A DNA stretch of 54,847 nucleotides from Candidatus Hermodarchaeum yapensis (GTDB lineage Archaea; Asgardarchaeota; Hermodarchaeia; Hermodarchaeales; Hermodarchaeaceae): positions 1 through 54,847 of the forward strand of contig JAEOSK010000018.1 of NCBI GenBank assembly GCA_016840405.1. The letters are read 5' to 3'. The first letter of the stretch is position 1, and the number at the start of each line of letters is the position of its first letter. The notes under the pieces are model-generated. The model was given only the letters and a program-made list of their open reading frames with translations. It did no database searches and was not told where the DNA came from. The position numbers were made by a program, and so were the translations under genes. This document shows positions 54,464 to 54,847 of the stretch, piece by piece.

Positions 54464-54847
54464 TTAACTAGATTCGATGGCTACGCCACAATTGCCACAG
54501 AACGTTTCTTCCCCACTAAGTTTTGCTCCACAAGCCGGGCATTCAGTTGGACGGACTTCTTCTTTGACTTTTCCTGATAGAGGAACAGTTTGGGGAGGGA
54601 GTTCCTCTTTTTGTTTAGAGTTTCTACAGATGTTGGTCCATAGGCATACTGGGATTGAGAAGAAGGCGGCGATGATTACGAGAAAGAATCCTCCTACTAG
54701 AATCAGTACAAGGCCACTGTCTGTTGACCAGTTGGCAGAGGCTAATAGTGATTGGACGACTGGGTACAGAATTGGTGTCCAAAAAACTACGATGGTGTGG
54801 ACAGCTTCGATCAGGAATACGACAAAAAGGATGGTTGCCGCGACTTT
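54464..54847 (-). CDS. Partial (5'-truncated) membrane protein with C-terminal zinc ribbon; not in the ORF track
   Basis: Manual translation ...LILVGGFFLVIIAAFFSIPVCLW...CPACGAKLSGEETFCGNCGVAIESS*, open to the window edge. Confidence 0.75.
   Translation of the reverse strand, partial: KVAATILFVVFLIEAVHTIVVFWTPILYPVVQSLLASANWSTDSGLVLILVGGFFLVIIAAFFSIPVCLWTNICRNSKQKEELPPQTVPLSGKVKEEVRPTECPACGAKLSGEETFCGNCGVAIESS

Noticed and set aside
1-54847. CRISPR arrays, tRNA/rRNA, IS elements, integrases, diversity-generating retroelements
   Set aside because: No regularly spaced repeats, cloverleaf or T-loop in intergenic DNA, transposase, recombinase or reverse-transcriptase motifs were seen by eye. 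Small ncRNAs cannot be excluded without a covariance-model search.

Overview
This is a gene-dense archaeal chromosomal segment, most likely from an Asgard archaeon (Thor/Hermod-like). The inference rests on two Rab-like small GTPases, a membrane protein with a cytoplasmic longin-like domain, isopentenyl-phosphate kinase, a tandem-duplicated Lrp/AsnC regulator, many zinc-ribbon and TM-anchored surface proteins, and GAGGTGA-type ribosome-binding sites. It holds about 50 CDS, mostly metabolic enzymes, transporters and cell-surface proteins. I saw no rRNA, tRNA, CRISPR array or transposase. Six observations stand out. (1) A HypD-like glycyl radical enzyme has Thr in place of the catalytic Glu of the GCVE motif, has no activase nearby, and lies downstream of an FLVCR/SLC49-like transporter. 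(2) A divergent locus pairs an ABC exporter and a surface C39-like peptidase with three paralogous membrane proteins and a winged-helix regulator, separated by a tandem ACTTT(G)-N5/6-CAAAGT operator. (3) A single-pass receptor-like protein ends in longin-like and winged-helix domains. (4) A circularly permuted family-5 solute-binding protein is followed by a decayed copy with an in-frame 364-codon deletion. (5) Two tandem 7-bladed propellers carry a ring of Cys residues. (6) Two genes have probable ATT/ATA start codons. All family assignments come from motif recognition by eye; no searches were run.
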